Positions 35,718 to 46,000 of a stretch of 64,000 nt of DNA are shown here, in pieces. Each line of letters begins with the position of its first letter. Position 1 is the first letter of the stretch. This stretch comes from an uncultured virus (IMG/VR IMGVR_UViG_3300006737_000001). Lineage: Duplodnaviria > Heunggongvirae > Uroviricota > Caudoviricetes. The position numbers and the translations under genes are program-made. Where the stretch lies: positions 1 through 64,000 of the IMG/VR virus record IMGVR_UViG_3300006737_000001. The stretch is one strand, 5' to 3'. The notes under the pieces are model-generated. The model was not told the origin of the DNA and searched no databases. It worked only from the letters and a program-made list of their open reading frames with translations.

Positions 35718-37208
35718 TTGATGAATACAGAGACAACAGTAGGTCGTAGAGACATTGAATTAAAGTGGGAACACCCTAAAAAAGGTAAGTTAAGAATAAT
35801 GCCAATATCAGATAGCCCTTGGGCTCCAACTGGTTTTGGAACTAACACAAAAAATCTAAGTTGTGTATTGCATAACGAGGGTCATCACATAGGTTTTGCA
35901 GGATGTCAGAACCCTGCACACGCTAAGTGGTGGACACCATGGCCTTTAGGTCAAACTGAGAAAGAATCTTACTTTGAATTATTACCATTAATGCATCCGG
36001 GCCAAGAGAAGTTTGGAGAAAAATCTTTTCCAACATGGGTTAAAAACTTTAAACCAGATTTAATATTAGGACATTTAGATTTTCAGATGTTTAAACATAT
36101 CACAGATTCTAAAGCTCCTACTCATGTTCAGTTTCCTTTAGTCAATGAAAAAGGAGATTTGTTATCAAGAACAGAGAGAGTAAAACTTTTAAATAAAGCA
36201 TATAAAGATTATGCTAAAGGTACTCCATGGAAATTAGGTGTAATAATACCTTATGATGGTGAACCTTCTATGCCTAGTTGGAAGCTACAATTGAATCAGA
36301 TTGATTATCCTATAGCTATGTCTCGTTATGGTCAACAAGGACTACTTAAAGACTTCGACGTAGAGGCTACATATATACCTCATGGTGTAGATACTAATCT
36401 CTTTAAACCTATTCTCAATCCTACTTATGAATTTAATGGTAAAACAATTACTAGACCTAAATCGTTTGTAGTAGGTTGTGTAGCTAGAAACCAACATAGA
36501 AAGAACATACCTAGGTTAATCAAAGGATTTGCTCAGTTTGTAAAGGAGCATAATCTCAGTCCAGATGATGCTAAGTTATTATTGCATATGGATTGGAGTG
36601 ATTATATGGGTTGGAAGTTCCCTGAGTTTGCTGCCCAATATGGTGTAGCCGAATATCTTATGGAACCAACTATGGGAACTCTAGATACAGGACAAGCACT
36701 TACTGAAGAAGGAATGGCAAATCTCTACAATATGATGGATGTGTTTGTATTACCTACAGCTGGTGAAGGTTTTGGTATACCTACTCTGGAGGCGATGTCG
36801 TGTGGTGTCCCTATTTGTGTAACAAACTATACTACAGGGTGGGAATTAGTAAAGAGTGACGACCCTGAGAAAGAAGACATACCTATGTATCCTTTGGGTG
36901 GTCATCACAATGACGCATCACCAAATGGTAGAGACCATCTAGAAGAAGAAGATATTTGTGAAAGAGGTATATTATTACCTTATAAAGATATGTGGTGGGA
37001 TACACCACAGAGAGCAGCTCCACAAAGAGCTATATGTAGTGAAAATGCCATAAGTCAAGCATTAACACACTACTACAAAGATATATCTGCTAAACTAAAT
37101 GCAGGTAAAGCAGCCAGAAAACATGCAGTAAAACACTATAGTTGGGAAGTTATAGGGAAGAGATGGATAGATTGGGCTGAAAAAGTAACAGAGGAAATAA
37201 AGAAATGA
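35718..37208 (+). CDS. GT4 family glycosyltransferase
   Basis: DSP...TGFG, IPHGVD, VARNQHRK, DVFVLPTAGEGFGIPTLEAMSCG. Confidence 0.9.
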   Translation: MMNTETTVGRRDIELKWEHPKKGKLRIMPISDSPWAPTGFGTNTKNLSCVLHNEGHHIGFAGCQNPAHAKWWTPWPLGQTEKESYFELLPLMHPGQEKFGEKSFPTWVKNFKPDLILGHLDFQMFKHITDSKAPTHVQFPLVNEKGDLLSRTERVKLLNKAYKDYAKGTPWKLGVIIPYDGEPSMPSWKLQLNQIDYPIAMSRYGQQGLLKDFDVEATYIPHGVDTNLFKPILNPTYEFNGKTITRPKSFVVGCVARNQHRKNIPRLIKGFAQFVKEHNLSPDDAKLLLHMDWSDYMGWKFPEFAAQYGVAEYLMEPTMGTLDTGQALTEEGMANLYNMMDVFVLPTAGEGFGIPTLEAMSCGVPICVTNYTTGWELVKSDDPEKEDIPMYPLGGHHNDASPNGRDHLEEEDICERGILLPYKDMWWDTPQRAAPQRAICSENAISQALTHYYKDISAKLNAGKAARKHAVKHYSWEVIGKRWIDWAEKVTEEIKK

Positions 37209-37570
37209 ATTTAGTATTTGGAATGGATGGAGTCATATGTACTCCATGTAAAGACTACAGTGATGTAGAAAGAGCTAAACCATTAGCTAACGTAAAAGAT
37301 TTTATGACATGGTTAATGAAGAATGAACACCACATAACTATATGGTGTAAAAGACCTAACTCTTTAGATTGGGTTATGGCAACAAAAGAATGGCTAGCTG
37401 ACAATGCTATACCTTACAGTCGTTTGTTATTTGACAGACCTTACAATCCTGTAATGGTAAGTGAAACCCCAAGTAATGCTAAATATTATAAGCATGAAGG
37501 TGATTTAGGTATTGTTTCTCAATTGTTCGAGGAGTGGAAAGATGACTACGTTGCACAACAAAAAAGTTAA
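37205..37570 (+). CDS. HAD-fold phosphatase-like protein (degenerate motif I)
   Basis: LVFGMDGVI...TKEWL...IPYSRLLFDRP. Confidence 0.6.
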   Translation: MNLVFGMDGVICTPCKDYSDVERAKPLANVKDFMTWLMKNEHHITIWCKRPNSLDWVMATKEWLADNAIPYSRLLFDRPYNPVMVSETPSNAKYYKHEGDLGIVSQLFEEWKDDYVAQQKS

Positions 37571-37943
37571 TACTAGAAACGGACAGATGTTAGATAACAC
37601 TAAGAGAAAGGGTGAAACCTTAGGTAGTGTTGGTCCGTTTGTAAAGGTAACTTGGAACGATGCAGCTAGCACTTTTAAAACATATGTAATAAATGGAGAC
37701 AATCCATCAGAACACCTTACAATATGTGAAACAGTAGGTGAATTAGTTGCTAAAGATGATAAAGCAATAGTTGTGATAATGCACGGTTCACAGTGTGATG
37801 GGTGTGATATCATGGCGATACCAACAGATTGGTGTCAAAAGATAGAAGTATTAGAAAAGGTAGGAGAATGTATTTCAGAGAATTTGGAATCCCAGCAAGA
37901 ATTGGAAGATGCTACAACATCGACCAACTTGAAGAAAGAGTAA
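37542..37943 (+). CDS. Hypothetical viral protein
   Basis: VKVTWNDA...CETVGEL...AIP; start uncertain. Confidence 0.55.
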   Translation: MTTLHNKKVNTRNGQMLDNTKRKGETLGSVGPFVKVTWNDAASTFKTYVINGDNPSEHLTICETVGELVAKDDKAIVVIMHGSQCDGCDIMAIPTDWCQKIEVLEKVGECISENLESQQELEDATTSTNLKKE

Positions 37944-38941
37944 AAGAATTTAACGGTCAAAAGAATTGCTATACTAGTGTATATGTTTTTGATGATACTA
38001 AAGACAGAGTAGAAGGTAAAACTAATTACGACTCTGCTGTATTAAACACTATATGGTTTGATTTTGATGATGAAAAGAATGTGAAAAAATGTTTAATGGA
38101 CGTAAGAAGATTTATAAGAGTGTTCTGCAAACCTCGAGAAATTACCCCAAGGATATATCTTACAGGGGGGAAGGGCTTTCAAATGAATATAGACCTATAC
38201 TCCCACGTGGACTTATCGGATGGTATCAAGAGAGACATGTTAAGAAATTACTTAACATCTATAAAGAAAGATTATAAACTTAAAACACTAGACCAAGCAT
38301 GTATCAACAACAGCGTAGCTTGTCTACGAAGAATACCAAACACAAAGTATATATCTAAATTAACTCAAGAACCTACAGGAGTGTGGTGTATACAACTTAC
38401 GGTAGAGGAAGTAATGAAGATGTCTATCGAAGAAATATATGGTATGGCTGCGGAGCCACGAACTGATAAGTTTGAATCAACCAAAAGTAAAAAAGCATAT
38501 AGACACTTTGTTGAGTTTATGTGTGACGAATTAGATATAGAGCATAATGTATCATTAAGCGTTAATTATCTTTTAGATAAGATTAATAATGCAACAATAA
38601 GCTCTACTAAGCATAAAGGCTCTATAGAGAGTGATTATATAATGCCCTTAAGGGGGTGTATAATAGAGCTCATAGAGCGTAATATAGAGCGTGGACATAG
38701 CAGTCACGAAGAAAATAAAATAATAGGTATGGAGTTAATCAATGCTGGTTACTCCAACGCTGACATTCACTTTGTATTCGCTAGTATATACAACGAGCCC
38801 GGCCGAGACTGGGGTTGGTATACTGAGAATCCTAACACAGCTGGACACATAATACACAACATGAGAGAGAAAGCTTTAAATAGGTATTCAAAGGATAAAT
38901 TAATACAAATGAAAATATGCAGGGACGATTGTCCTTGCTAG
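37868..38941 (+). CDS. Archaeo-eukaryotic primase (PriS with PriL-like C-terminus)
   Basis: ATG 37868 MYFREFG; WFDFD, TGGKGFQ, LRRIPNT; C-terminal CI...H...CRDDCPC. Confidence 0.82.
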   Translation: MYFREFGIPARIGRCYNIDQLEERVKEFNGQKNCYTSVYVFDDTKDRVEGKTNYDSAVLNTIWFDFDDEKNVKKCLMDVRRFIRVFCKPREITPRIYLTGGKGFQMNIDLYSHVDLSDGIKRDMLRNYLTSIKKDYKLKTLDQACINNSVACLRRIPNTKYISKLTQEPTGVWCIQLTVEEVMKMSIEEIYGMAAEPRTDKFESTKSKKAYRHFVEFMCDELDIEHNVSLSVNYLLDKINNATISSTKHKGSIESDYIMPLRGCIIELIERNIERGHSSHEENKIIGMELINAGYSNADIHFVFASIYNEPGRDWGWYTENPNTAGHIIHNMREKALNRYSKDKLIQMKICRDDCPC

Positions 38942-38953
38942 GAAAGGTCAAAT

Positions 38954-39322
38954 ATGGCAACATTGAAAAGAATAGAGAAACGTATGAACGATGTAGAAGC
39001 ATGGGTAAAAGAATTTGAGAAAGGCACTGGTCCTGCTCAAGTTATGGATAATATAAGTTGGTTATTAACACAGCTACGTATGACTGGAGAAAGGCTGCAA
39101 AGCACTGAACAGAACCTAATGCAACTACAACAAGGTATGCAAAGTAATACTGAAATAGTTCAAGGCTTTGTTGAGAAGAATGATTTAGTTCATGATTGGC
39201 AAGCACACCTTGCAGAAATACAAAAGGAGAACGAAGATGCCCTTCAAGAGCAAGAAACAGAGAGCTTGGATGCACAAGAACAAGCCGGCGATGGCGAAGA
39301 GATGGGAGAAGGAGACGCCTAA
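38954..39322 (+). CDS. Coiled-coil hypothetical protein
   Basis: 122 aa. Confidence 0.65.
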   Translation: MATLKRIEKRMNDVEAWVKEFEKGTGPAQVMDNISWLLTQLRMTGERLQSTEQNLMQLQQGMQSNTEIVQGFVEKNDLVHDWQAHLAEIQKENEDALQEQETESLDAQEQAGDGEEMGEGDA

Positions 39323-39398
39323 AGGCGCTAAACTTCCAACTAAAGTCAAACGTAAGGCAAAAAGGAAAACTACGGGACGCCGTAAAAAGAAAAAGTGA
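39237..39398 (+). CDS. Small basic viral protein
   Basis: MPFKSKKQRAWMHKNKPAMAKRWEKETP...; AGGAG SD. Confidence 0.65.
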   Translation: MPFKSKKQRAWMHKNKPAMAKRWEKETPKGAKLPTKVKRKAKRKTTGRRKKKK

Positions 39399-39512
39399 TA
39401 TCATGGTAGATAAAAAAGCTAGCAAAAAAGACGTTGACGTCAAAGAAGAAGTAAAACCTAAGACCGTCATGAAGATGATTGGTGGTAGGATGAGAGAGAT
39501 AGAGGTAGAATA

Positions 39513-39695
39513 ATGGCCAAAAAAGAAGTAAAGAAAGAAACTAAAAAGGCTGCGCCTAAAAAGAAAGAAGTAGTAGCTAATCCATGGGATGGGTTAGAAG
39601 GACCTACTAAACATCCTGACCACAGAGGAAAGGATATATATCTTAAAGATGGTGTTCACGGATATTTCGTGGATGGTGTCTTTAAAAAAGTGTGA
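39513..39695 (+). CDS. Lys-rich hypothetical protein
   Basis: 60 aa, TAATG overlap. Confidence 0.55.
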   Translation: MAKKEVKKETKKAAPKKKEVVANPWDGLEGPTKHPDHRGKDIYLKDGVHGYFVDGVFKKV

Positions 39696-39854
39696 GTTTA
39701 TTAACTTCACAAAGTCGATGTAAGTGTGATTCACCAAAGAATTGCACTTGCGCTCGGCGTGTCTTAACAGACTTTAAATAGTATTTTTTAAAATTAGAAA
39801 AAAGCTTATATAGTAGCTCAAACTATAAAATGAAACCGCAATTGGAGTGGTAAA

Positions 39855-41720
39855 ATGTTTAAGAACGAAGTAGCAGAATTTATATATAAAAGAACGTATT
39901 CACGTTGGTTAGAAGAAGAGAACAGGCGAGAAGATTGGCCTGAGACGATAGAAAGATTTATTGGTTTTATAATTTCAGAAAGACCAGATATACCAGATAA
40001 GACTATTAACAAGATTAGAAAGTATATGTTAGAGTTTGCGGTAATGCCATCGATGCGTTTTTTATGGGCAGCAGGTCCAGCAGCTAAAGCAGATAATACT
40101 TGCATATACAACTGCTCCTTTGCGAAAATTAATTCTGTTGAAGCATTTGCAGAATGTTTATATGTATTAATGTGTGGTACTGGTTTTGGTTTCTCAGTTG
40201 AGAAAGAAGAAGTATCTAAATTACCAGAAGTACCAGAAATTAAATCAGCACAAGGTAATGCTAAGTTTGTTATTGAAGATTCAAAAGCAGGTTGGGCAGA
40301 CTCAGTTAAAGATTTAATGGGAAGTTTATACAAAGGACAAAATATTTATTTTGATTATTCTAAAATAAGAGGTGAAGGAGCTAGACTTATGACTATGGGT
40401 GGTCGTGCATCTGGTCCTGCACCATTAGTTAAACTACACGATTTTATTCGTGAAACTATGCACAACGCTCAAGGTAGAAAAATGACTACACTAGAAGCTC
40501 ACGACATCTGTAACCAGATAGCTGAGATAGTTGTAGTAGGTGGAGTAAGACGTAGCTCCCAGATATCCTTGAGTGATTTAACTGATAAAGAAATGAGGCA
40601 CGCAAAGGAATGGCCCTTTCCTATTAAGAGAGCAATGGCAAACAACAGTGCTATCTACAGAGAAAAACCATCCGCAGCAGATTTTTTAATTGAATGGGGT
40701 GCGTTAGCTAAATCAGGAACAGGTGAGAGAGGTATATTTAATCTCTCCTCAGCTCAAGCTAAAGCCCCTGCACGTCGTTACGCTCCACTCATACAGGGTA
40801 CAAATCCTTGTGGAGAAATAATGTTACGAGATATGCAATTTTGTAACCTTTCGGAAGTAGTAGTAAGAGAAGACGATGACCTTGATACGTTGTTAGACAA
40901 GGTTGAGACAGCAACATGGCTTGGTGTTATACAAAGTTCTTTCACAAATTTTCCATATCTCAGAAAAGAGTGGAAAAAGAATTGTGACGTAGAAGCGCTT
41001 CTAGGTGTCAGTTTGACAGGTCAGATGGATAACCCTTCGATATTAACATCAGAGGCATTAGCGGCCCTTAAAAGCCGTGTTTTACGTATATCTCGTAAAT
41101 CATCTGGTATACTAGGAACTAAAATGCCAGCAGCGACCACTTGTGTAAAGCCATCAGGAACTGTTTCACAGCTTGTAGACTCAGCGTCTGGAGTTCACCC
41201 AAGATATTCTCAGTATTATATCCGTCGTTACAGAATTGCGGCTCGTGACCCACTGTTTAATTTAATGAAAGATAGTGGTATAAAATGTAACCCAGAGAAT
41301 GGACAGAATAAAAAAGACGCTAGTACATGGGTACTAGAATTCCCAGTCAAATCACCAGACGGTTGTGTTACTAGAAAGGATGTGTCTGCTTTAGACCAAT
41401 TAAAACATTATAAAAACTTACAACACAATTGGTGTGAACACAATGCTAGTATGACTGTATATGTTAGAGATGATGAATGGTTCGAAGTTGGTAATTGGGT
41501 GTATCAAAATTGGGAAATTATAAACGGAGTATCTTTCTTACCTTACTCAGGTGGTAAGTATAAATTAGCTCCATATGAAGAAATTGACCACAGAACCTAC
41601 GAAAGGCTTATAAAGGCTCAACCCGTAATTGATTATAAGCAATTGTCACAATATGAGACTCAAGACAATACCCAAGGTAAGTCTGAGTTTGCTTGTGTTG
41701 GAGATAAGTGTGAAATCTAA
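39855..41720 (+). CDS. nrdJ: Class II (B12-dependent) ribonucleotide reductase
   Basis: RTYSR, PSMR, YNCS, GGVRRS, TNPCGEI, CNLSE, VKPSGTVS, C-terminal CVGDKC. Confidence 0.92.
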   Translation: MFKNEVAEFIYKRTYSRWLEEENRREDWPETIERFIGFIISERPDIPDKTINKIRKYMLEFAVMPSMRFLWAAGPAAKADNTCIYNCSFAKINSVEAFAECLYVLMCGTGFGFSVEKEEVSKLPEVPEIKSAQGNAKFVIEDSKAGWADSVKDLMGSLYKGQNIYFDYSKIRGEGARLMTMGGRASGPAPLVKLHDFIRETMHNAQGRKMTTLEAHDICNQIAEIVVVGGVRRSSQISLSDLTDKEMRHAKEWPFPIKRAMANNSAIYREKPSAADFLIEWGALAKSGTGERGIFNLSSAQAKAPARRYAPLIQGTNPCGEIMLRDMQFCNLSEVVVREDDDLDTLLDKVETATWLGVIQSSFTNFPYLRKEWKKNCDVEALLGVSLTGQMDNPSILTSEALAALKSRVLRISRKSSGILGTKMPAATTCVKPSGTVSQLVDSASGVHPRYSQYYIRRYRIAARDPLFNLMKDSGIKCNPENGQNKKDASTWVLEFPVKSPDGCVTRKDVSALDQLKHYKNLQHNWCEHNASMTVYVRDDEWFEVGNWVYQNWEIINGVSFLPYSGGKYKLAPYEEIDHRTYERLIKAQPVIDYKQLSQYETQDNTQGKSEFACVGDKCEI

Positions 41721-41722
41721 AC

Positions 41723-41977
41723 ATGGAATTCGAAACAGATATTACTGGATACGGCCGCAAGATGGGTCGAGACGCAGGACTTACTTCTGAAGGTAGAATA
41801 GATTCCGTCGTTAAAGTAGGTGGTGGAGAATTTGAAGGTATGCAACCAGCAGGAACCATATCTGCTAGAACTATGAACCCCGGTGGTTCTGAAGTATCTG
41901 GTGGTGGAGCAAACGCTGGAGACTACGCACCTACCAAAGCTAGAAACGATGGAATTATTGGTAATCCAAGAGACTAA
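41723..41977 (+). CDS. Gly-rich hypothetical protein
   Basis: 84 aa, last rightward gene, converges with tail module. Confidence 0.55.
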   Translation: MEFETDITGYGRKMGRDAGLTSEGRIDSVVKVGGGEFEGMQPAGTISARTMNPGGSEVSGGGANAGDYAPTKARNDGIIGNPRD

Positions 41978-43026
41978 TTATCTTGTTGTGCTATAAACTC
42001 TGCTAACGTTGGTGGTTTTCTATTTATATTTAATCCTATAGCAAAACCCCCGGGTGTAAATGCAATCTTTTTACCCCTTACCCTATAGTTACCAGAGAAC
42101 TCAGGGTCATCTGTTTTAATAGTTATAACATCATTTTCTTCTAAGTATACTCCTTCGAAAGAATCTATACCATATTCATATTGAGTTTCTAAATTAGCTC
42201 TAAATACTTTTTGTGCAAAATCTTTACAAGCAGCAGGGGATTGTAATTTATCATTATTTACTTCTAGATATGTTTTATCAAATGCATCTACGGCTGTTTG
42301 ATGGGAATACTGACCCTTTACTCCATTAGCTCCATTAACTATTATAATAGTCGGTACCTTTTTATTAATTATCTTTAGGCTTGTTATATTATCATACTCA
42401 GTAAACACCATAGTAGGAGCAGTAGTTTTTAAATCACTTTCTAATTCTATTACGAACTGAGACTTACCCCCATCATCTATTAACTTAGCAATATTAGGCC
42501 TTGGTAAATCACCACTATCATCAACAGCTCTACCTAACAAATCTTTTATTATATCTTCTAAGCTCATCGTACCTCTCAAGGGGGGTCTAGAAGAGCTAAT
42601 CAAAGGCGTAGTATCGCCTATACAATCAGTTCCTATTTTATCACTCAGTTCAGCTATACTGATTGCTTTACGAATAGCATTACCTATAGTTAAACCATCT
42701 ATATTATTTCTATCATCTAGTGGTACCATTGCTTTAGATACATCACCAGCTAATTTTAAGTAGCCCAAAGCATCTTGTGCAAAAACTTCTATATAATCAA
42801 ATGTCTCTTTCAACCTTCTTATGTAACCTCTAAACAAAGGTGAGCCTTCAAAATCATTAAAATACATAAGAACCTCTTGATTCCATAGAGCCATATTACC
42901 GGCTTCTGTTAATGGTAATTTAAACTGTAAACTTGCAGCAGTTAGTCCACCGGTAGAAGTTAGAGCACCATCTAAAAAATCTACATCTCTTCCATTAATA
43001 GATATTCTAGGTGTAAGCTTTCTCAT
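41974..43026 (-). CDS. Putative baseplate hub/tail-tip protein
   Basis: LFRGYI...AQDALGYL...GNYRV pattern; end of tail operon. Confidence 0.55.
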   Translation of the reverse strand: MRKLTPRISINGRDVDFLDGALTSTGGLTAASLQFKLPLTEAGNMALWNQEVLMYFNDFEGSPLFRGYIRRLKETFDYIEVFAQDALGYLKLAGDVSKAMVPLDDRNNIDGLTIGNAIRKAISIAELSDKIGTDCIGDTTPLISSSRPPLRGTMSLEDIIKDLLGRAVDDSGDLPRPNIAKLIDDGGKSQFVIELESDLKTTAPTMVFTEYDNITSLKIINKKVPTIIIVNGANGVKGQYSHQTAVDAFDKTYLEVNNDKLQSPAACKDFAQKVFRANLETQYEYGIDSFEGVYLEENDVITIKTDDPEFSGNYRVRGKKIAFTPGGFAIGLNINRKPPTLAEFIAQQDN

Positions 43027-46000
43027 GCTGTAAGCCTCCTAGAGGATAAATGTCTGTCATTAAGTTACCAGAGGAATCTATCAAAGCTATATTTTCTACT
43101 CCTAAAGTAAATGTAAAGTCTACTACTCTACGAGGTCCTTGGGGTCTAGCGACTTCACTTACGTTTTGAACTACACCAAACAACCGTACAAATGTACCAT
43201 CCTTCTGTGGTTCATCCCAATAAACTCTACAATCCTCTGCTTGTATTTTACGTAGAGTGTGTAAATGTCCATATAATGTGTCTGGACCGTGGTCATCAAA
43301 AGCAGTAGATGAATTCTCATCACCTAAAGCTACACTACTAAACCCAACTTCTTCCATAGCAATACCAGTTTTAGTTATAAATACCTTTCCTTTGCGGGTT
43401 ATTGCTTTAAAGTATTGCCCTGTTCTTCCTATACTAATACTACTTGTAATAGCCAAAGAGTTAAGATTGTAAGCAGAGTTATCTACGACATCAATAATAT
43501 TATGATATCCCTTACTTGCATCATATATGTTCCACAATTCAGGATATAGATTAATAGGTGTACCACCAGAAGTATTATCTGCGGTTCCTGAAATAGAAAT
43601 TTTCACAGCATATTTTTCCTGTCCTTGCCATAATCCTTTAAGAGCATCTGCTGCATCGGCACCTCCTATATTAAAATCATTATCCCAACCTGTAACTGGG
43701 AAATAATTATCTACTGAAGGTAATTTATTATTAGTACCTCCACTTGGTAAATAAACTTTACTAAACCCATCTATGGCATCATAACCATTAATACGCTGTA
43801 TGGTAAACTTTAAATCACCACCAAACCTTTCTGCTCCTCCTCTCATAATGCTACCAGTATCTCCTATGTGGAAATATAAAACATCATCAGCTTCTTTATA
43901 ACCATCTCCACCATCTTTACTAATCCAGAAAGCGTTACCACTGGCTGTATTGTATATAGTATAAACTTTAACTGCACTAGTAGTGTCTATTACAGCATTA
44001 GCTGCATTAAATAAATATAAACGTTCATCCATAGAGAAAGGTCCACCAGTTGTAAACGTACCCCATACAGTTTCTCCATTTGTCCCAGACACCGAATCTA
44101 CTCTCATTATTTTTGAAGCCGAACCATAAGTAGCATTATTTGTTAATTGGTTTGTAGCTACTGGGTTAGAACTAAATGTTGCATCATAGGTTAACATATT
44201 GTATTGACTACCTGAGAAAGGTAATGCTATATATTTAAATGAACCTATGTCTTCATCGTTAGTACCAGACAAAGGAGTAGTTATATCTCCTGAAGTTTTT
44301 CCCTTGATGGTAAAGTAATCGCCATACAAACTACCTGCGGTTGCATTAGAACCTATTGTTCCCGATACACTACCTGTAATAACACCAAAACCATAATCTC
44401 CAGCAGTTTCTGGTATAGTAGTTGTGTTTATTCTACCTCCATATAGATTTTCTAATTTTATAGACTCCCACCCAGCAGGTGGATTGAAAGATACAACACC
44501 ACTTTTAGATAGACTATACTCATAACTATCATAAGTATCGTTGGTTGTGTTCCTACGTTCCCGTACAACAGAAGTACCATCTTCAAACTCTACAGGTTCC
44601 CAATGTACACTTTGAACATTAGTTCCTGAATTTTCTATCATTAACACTGAAACATCATTTATACCATATGGGGGTGCAGTCGTTGTAGCAGACTGAATAC
44701 CCTTAGCATAGTTAGTCATGTTAAAAAACAATTTGTCAGGTTTTTCATCAAATAATAATAATAAATACTCATTAAGGTTAGTGGCTCTAGTGTTACCACC
44801 CATGTCCTTTTGAGTTCCAACATTAACATCTTCTAAACTAATAGCACTTCCACTACTGTTACTCATGTTTTTAGTAGAGTAGTCAGTAGAGTGTGTGGTA
44901 TTACTTCCACTGCTTAATATTTTAGTAGGAAAATCTCTAGCGTTAGCTTCACTAGCTGTTCCTCCAGCTGCGTTTTGATTCCAAGATTTAGCTGGTGTTA
45001 TTCTAAAAACACATGGAACATCTAAATCACTTCTATAACTATTAGCAGAGCTTGGTTCTGTCTGTAATCTAACGATGTGTGATTGAGGTACTAGACGTCC
45101 GAAGTCATCCATCAAGAATTGGTCCATAACTATACTACCTGATGTATATGTATTAGATAAAGCATTAGTTGTAGTCCAAGGAGAATCATAAGTAGTGCCT
45201 GTTTTGAATGGCATTGCTTTATGAGATAACGATTTACCATAAGGATTTACTAAATATGTATAAGATACAGAACGTTGTTTGTTTGTTTGATATGCTCTGT
45301 CTTTTCCTATACCTTTGAGTTGCCAATACTCACGTTGTTGAGTTGCGTTAAAAAAGAAACCTACATTGACATTACTTCCATCTGCATGAGTACTAGCTGT
45401 TGAACTAGCAAATCCTCTAGTACAATTTAAAAAAGATGTAGCAGTTATATTAGTATAATGAATCATCTCCGAACCTACATGCATAGTACCACTTGCTGGA
45501 AATTGTGCAGTAGAAACCACTGGTATAGTTGTGGCAGCAGCAGATAATGTACCACCATTATTTACAGTAGTAGGGTTTGCTCCTCCATCACCAGCATTCC
45601 ACGGAAAGGCAGGTGAAAAATACATTTTACCATTGTCATAGTAATATTTACTCATACTCACATTCGATGCAGCTGCACGACTCTGAGAGAAATCCATAAT
45701 CAATTGTCTTTCTATATCATCAGCTTTTTTGATTGGTTCTCCCGGTGTAATATAACATATTGGATAACCAGTAGCACTGAGTTGACCGGGTATACCAGCC
45801 ACAAAGAAACCTATTTTGAGTCTATTGTAAACTTCATTAGCAGTGTAGTCAGTAGCACCAGAAGCCCCTACATATTTAGGATTTTTATATTTGACTTCTA
45901 ATACTTTCCTAACAGTAGCTCCTGATAATAAAGCAGTTCTATTACTAGCACCATCTTGAAGTACATTTACTAAAAAATTCAGAGATGGAGTTGTAACATA

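Noticed and set aside
39693..39760. TGA plus hairpin as selenocysteine recoding
   Set aside because: No archaeal SECIS motif recognised; read-through meets TAA within three codons
32823..41720. Inteins or introns in PolB, primase or RNR
   Set aside because: Proteins are of normal or compact length with contiguous motifs and no splice-junction signatures
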